A stretch of 5,162 nt of DNA from a virus (lineage: Duplodnaviria; Heunggongvirae; Uroviricota; Caudoviricetes), in the IMG/VR virus record IMGVR_UViG_3300029517_000134, positions 1-5,162 of that record; one strand, 5' to 3'. Under the pieces are notes generated by a model, which saw only the letters and a program-made list of their open reading frames with translations, ran no database searches and was not told where the DNA came from. This document shows, one piece after another, positions 3,990 to 5,162 of this stretch. The first letter of the stretch is position 1; each line of letters starts with the position of its first letter. Made by a program: the position numbers and the translations under genes.

Positions 3990-5162
3990 TCATTCTCCTG
4001 TTCTGCCTGTATCACTGCCCACTTCATCCAGCCCCTTGACATCCTGCCACGGCCCGTCACCAAACCTGACCTGCAAATGCTGAAAAAACCCCTGAACCCG
4101 TGTGGCATCTTTGGGGTCAAGAAAGGTCAGTCCGGTGATGAGTGCGCCATCTGTATCCGGGAACCAGCCATTGCTGTTTGTCTCAATAATGTTTCCCGGC
4201 CCCAGACGGAACCGTATTTGTGTCTCCCCCGGGTCGCCCTTCGGTCCCTGAGGTCCGGTTGCCCCCACCGGGCCAGCCGCACCTGTTTCTCCTTTCGGTC
4301 CCTGTGGGCCTGCCGGGCCTGCCGCACCGGTATCTCCCTTTGGACCCTGTGGACCTGCATTTCCCGTCAGACCGGTCTCTCCCCGCTCTCCCATGTCACC
4401 TTTCGGCCCCTGCGGGCCTGCCGGACCAGCATCACCTGCCGGTCCCCGTTCGCCGGTTGCCCCGACAGGGCCGGTGTCACCGCGCTCTCCCTTATCACCC
4501 TTCGGCCCCTGAGGACCCGCGGGCCCCTGTTCCCCCTTTGGCCCGGGAGGTCCCACCACGGTGGGGATTCGGTTTACGGCCTCTTCCGCCGCTATCCTGC
4601 TTTGTTCCGCTGACTGTGCGCTTTCTGCTGACTCCCGGGCTTTTTCTGTTGCGGTCGTTGCATCCCTGGCTGCATTACCGGCTGCACTTTCTGCCGTCTT
4701 TCTTGACAATTCAGCTTCTGCTGCACTTTGTGATGACTCACTGGCTTTTTGAGCGGCCGCAGAAGCCGAGGACGAGGACGCATCCTCTGACTGCTTTGCT
4801 GAGGCTGCACTTTCTGCCGCCTGCCGGGCTGACTCCGATGCCTCCCCTGCTGAAGTGTCAGCATTTGCAGCGCTCTCTTCTGCCTGACTGGCTGATATGC
4901 CGGCATTCCTCGCTGACGTCTCCGCCTCTCCGGCATTCTTCTTCGCCTCCTCAGCGTGACGCGCCACCTCTTCCACCATCAGTTCAAAACGGCGCAGTGC
5001 CTCCGGCCGGACGTCATCCTCCGACATGGCACCGAGAAAATCATTCAGCGTACCGGGTCGGGAATCTTCATACACGGTGATGGTCCCGGCATGTGACGGC
5101 GGGAATCCTTCCACCAACAGAATGACTCTGTACTGACCGTACTCAACGTCCATGCTGTAACG
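3990..5162 (-). CDS. stf: Phage side tail fiber protein, lambda Stf-like N-terminal region (5'-partial; gene start lies beyond the window end)
   Basis: ORF track 3990..5153. The frame stays open to the window edge, and codons 5154-5162 read R-Y-S ahead of MDVEYGQYRVILLVEGFPPSHAGTITVYEDSRPGTLNDFL, which matches my recollection of lambda Stf (..GRYSMDVEYGQYSVIL..). Followed by an Ala/Ser/Glu-rich tract and about 36 G-X-Y collagen-like triplets. GC-rich, unlike the effector cargo. Confidence 0.9.
   Translation of the reverse strand, partial: RYSMDVEYGQYRVILLVEGFPPSHAGTITVYEDSRPGTLNDFLGAMSEDDVRPEALRRFELMVEEVARHAEEAKKNAGEAETSARNAGISASQAEESAANADTSAGEASESARQAAESAASAKQSEDASSSSASAAAQKASESSQSAAEAELSRKTAESAAGNAARDATTATEKARESAESAQSAEQSRIAAEEAVNRIPTVVGPPGPKGEQGPAGPQGPKGDKGERGDTGPVGATGERGPAGDAGPAGPQGPKGDMGERGETGLTGNAGPQGPKGDTGAAGPAGPQGPKGETGAAGPVGATGPQGPKGDPGETQIRFRLGPGNIIETNSNGWFPDTDGALITGLTFLDPKDATRVQGFFQHLQVRFGDGPWQDVKGLDEVGSDTGRTGE
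4224..4553 (-). repeat. Collagen-like G-X-Y coding repeat tract within the tail fiber gene (residues ~201-310 of the in-window ORF)
   Basis: Translation shows uninterrupted GPPGPKGEQGPAGPQGPKGDKGERG...GPQGPKGDPGE. The DNA is periodically repetitive (GGN CCN), which also produces long spurious antisense ORFs. Confidence 0.8.

Noticed and set aside
3989-4120. ORF-track N-terminal extension of the small post-fiber ORF (start at 4120)
   Set aside because: The extension overlaps the stf 3' coding region in another frame. The ATG at 3986-3988 has an AGGAG SD and sits 1 nt after the stf stop, a classic coupled arrangement.
3705-4613. 302-aa Cys/Ser/Arg-rich plus-strand ORF
   Set aside because: Antisense to the 89-aa ORF and the 3' half of stf, and it spans the minus-strand terminator. 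Its N-terminal part is simply the repeat read backwards (the same peptide as ORF 2848..3087). Spurious.
4592-4936. 114-aa minus-strand ORF (Arg/Gln-rich), plus the 77-aa ORF at 4127..4360 and 63-aa ORF at 4561..4752
   Set aside because: Alternative frames embedded in the stf coding region; the Stf frame is supported by lambda-like N-terminal homology and the G-X-Y periodicity.
4220-5080. 286-aa Pro/Leu-rich plus-strand ORF
   Set aside because: Antisense to the tail fiber gene. The GC-rich, periodically repetitive collagen-like DNA lacks stop codons in several frames. No RBS context; composition is an artefact of the opposite-strand gene.

Overview
This window looks like the terminal 'moron' region of a lambdoid prophage from an attaching/effacing-type enterobacterium (EHEC/EPEC/Citrobacter-like), organised as an exchangeable effector locus. 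All calls rest on reading the sequence and recalled family knowledge; no searches were run. From right to left on the minus strand: a 5'-truncated, GC-rich side tail fiber gene (lambda Stf-like N-terminus, Ala/Ser/Glu-rich tract, long collagen-like G-X-Y tract), a translationally coupled 89-aa ORF, and a hairpin terminator. Then comes AT-rich cargo: a GadE/YhiF-like LuxR-family regulator (Psr-like), an NleG-family U-box effector, and a convergent plus-strand NleA/EspI effector ending in the PDZ-binding motif ETRV. The most interesting non-obvious signals are (i) an 18-codon Ibs-family type I toxin-like mini-ORF with a strong Shine-Dalgarno at the extreme left edge, implying a Sib-like antisense RNA on the opposite strand, and (ii) a ~135-bp imperfect direct repeat showing that the regulator module sits between an intact copy and a 3' remnant of the small post-fiber gene, with the remnant supplying the regulator's last 19 codons in a shifted frame. 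No tRNA, rRNA, CRISPR array or IS/transposase was recognised.
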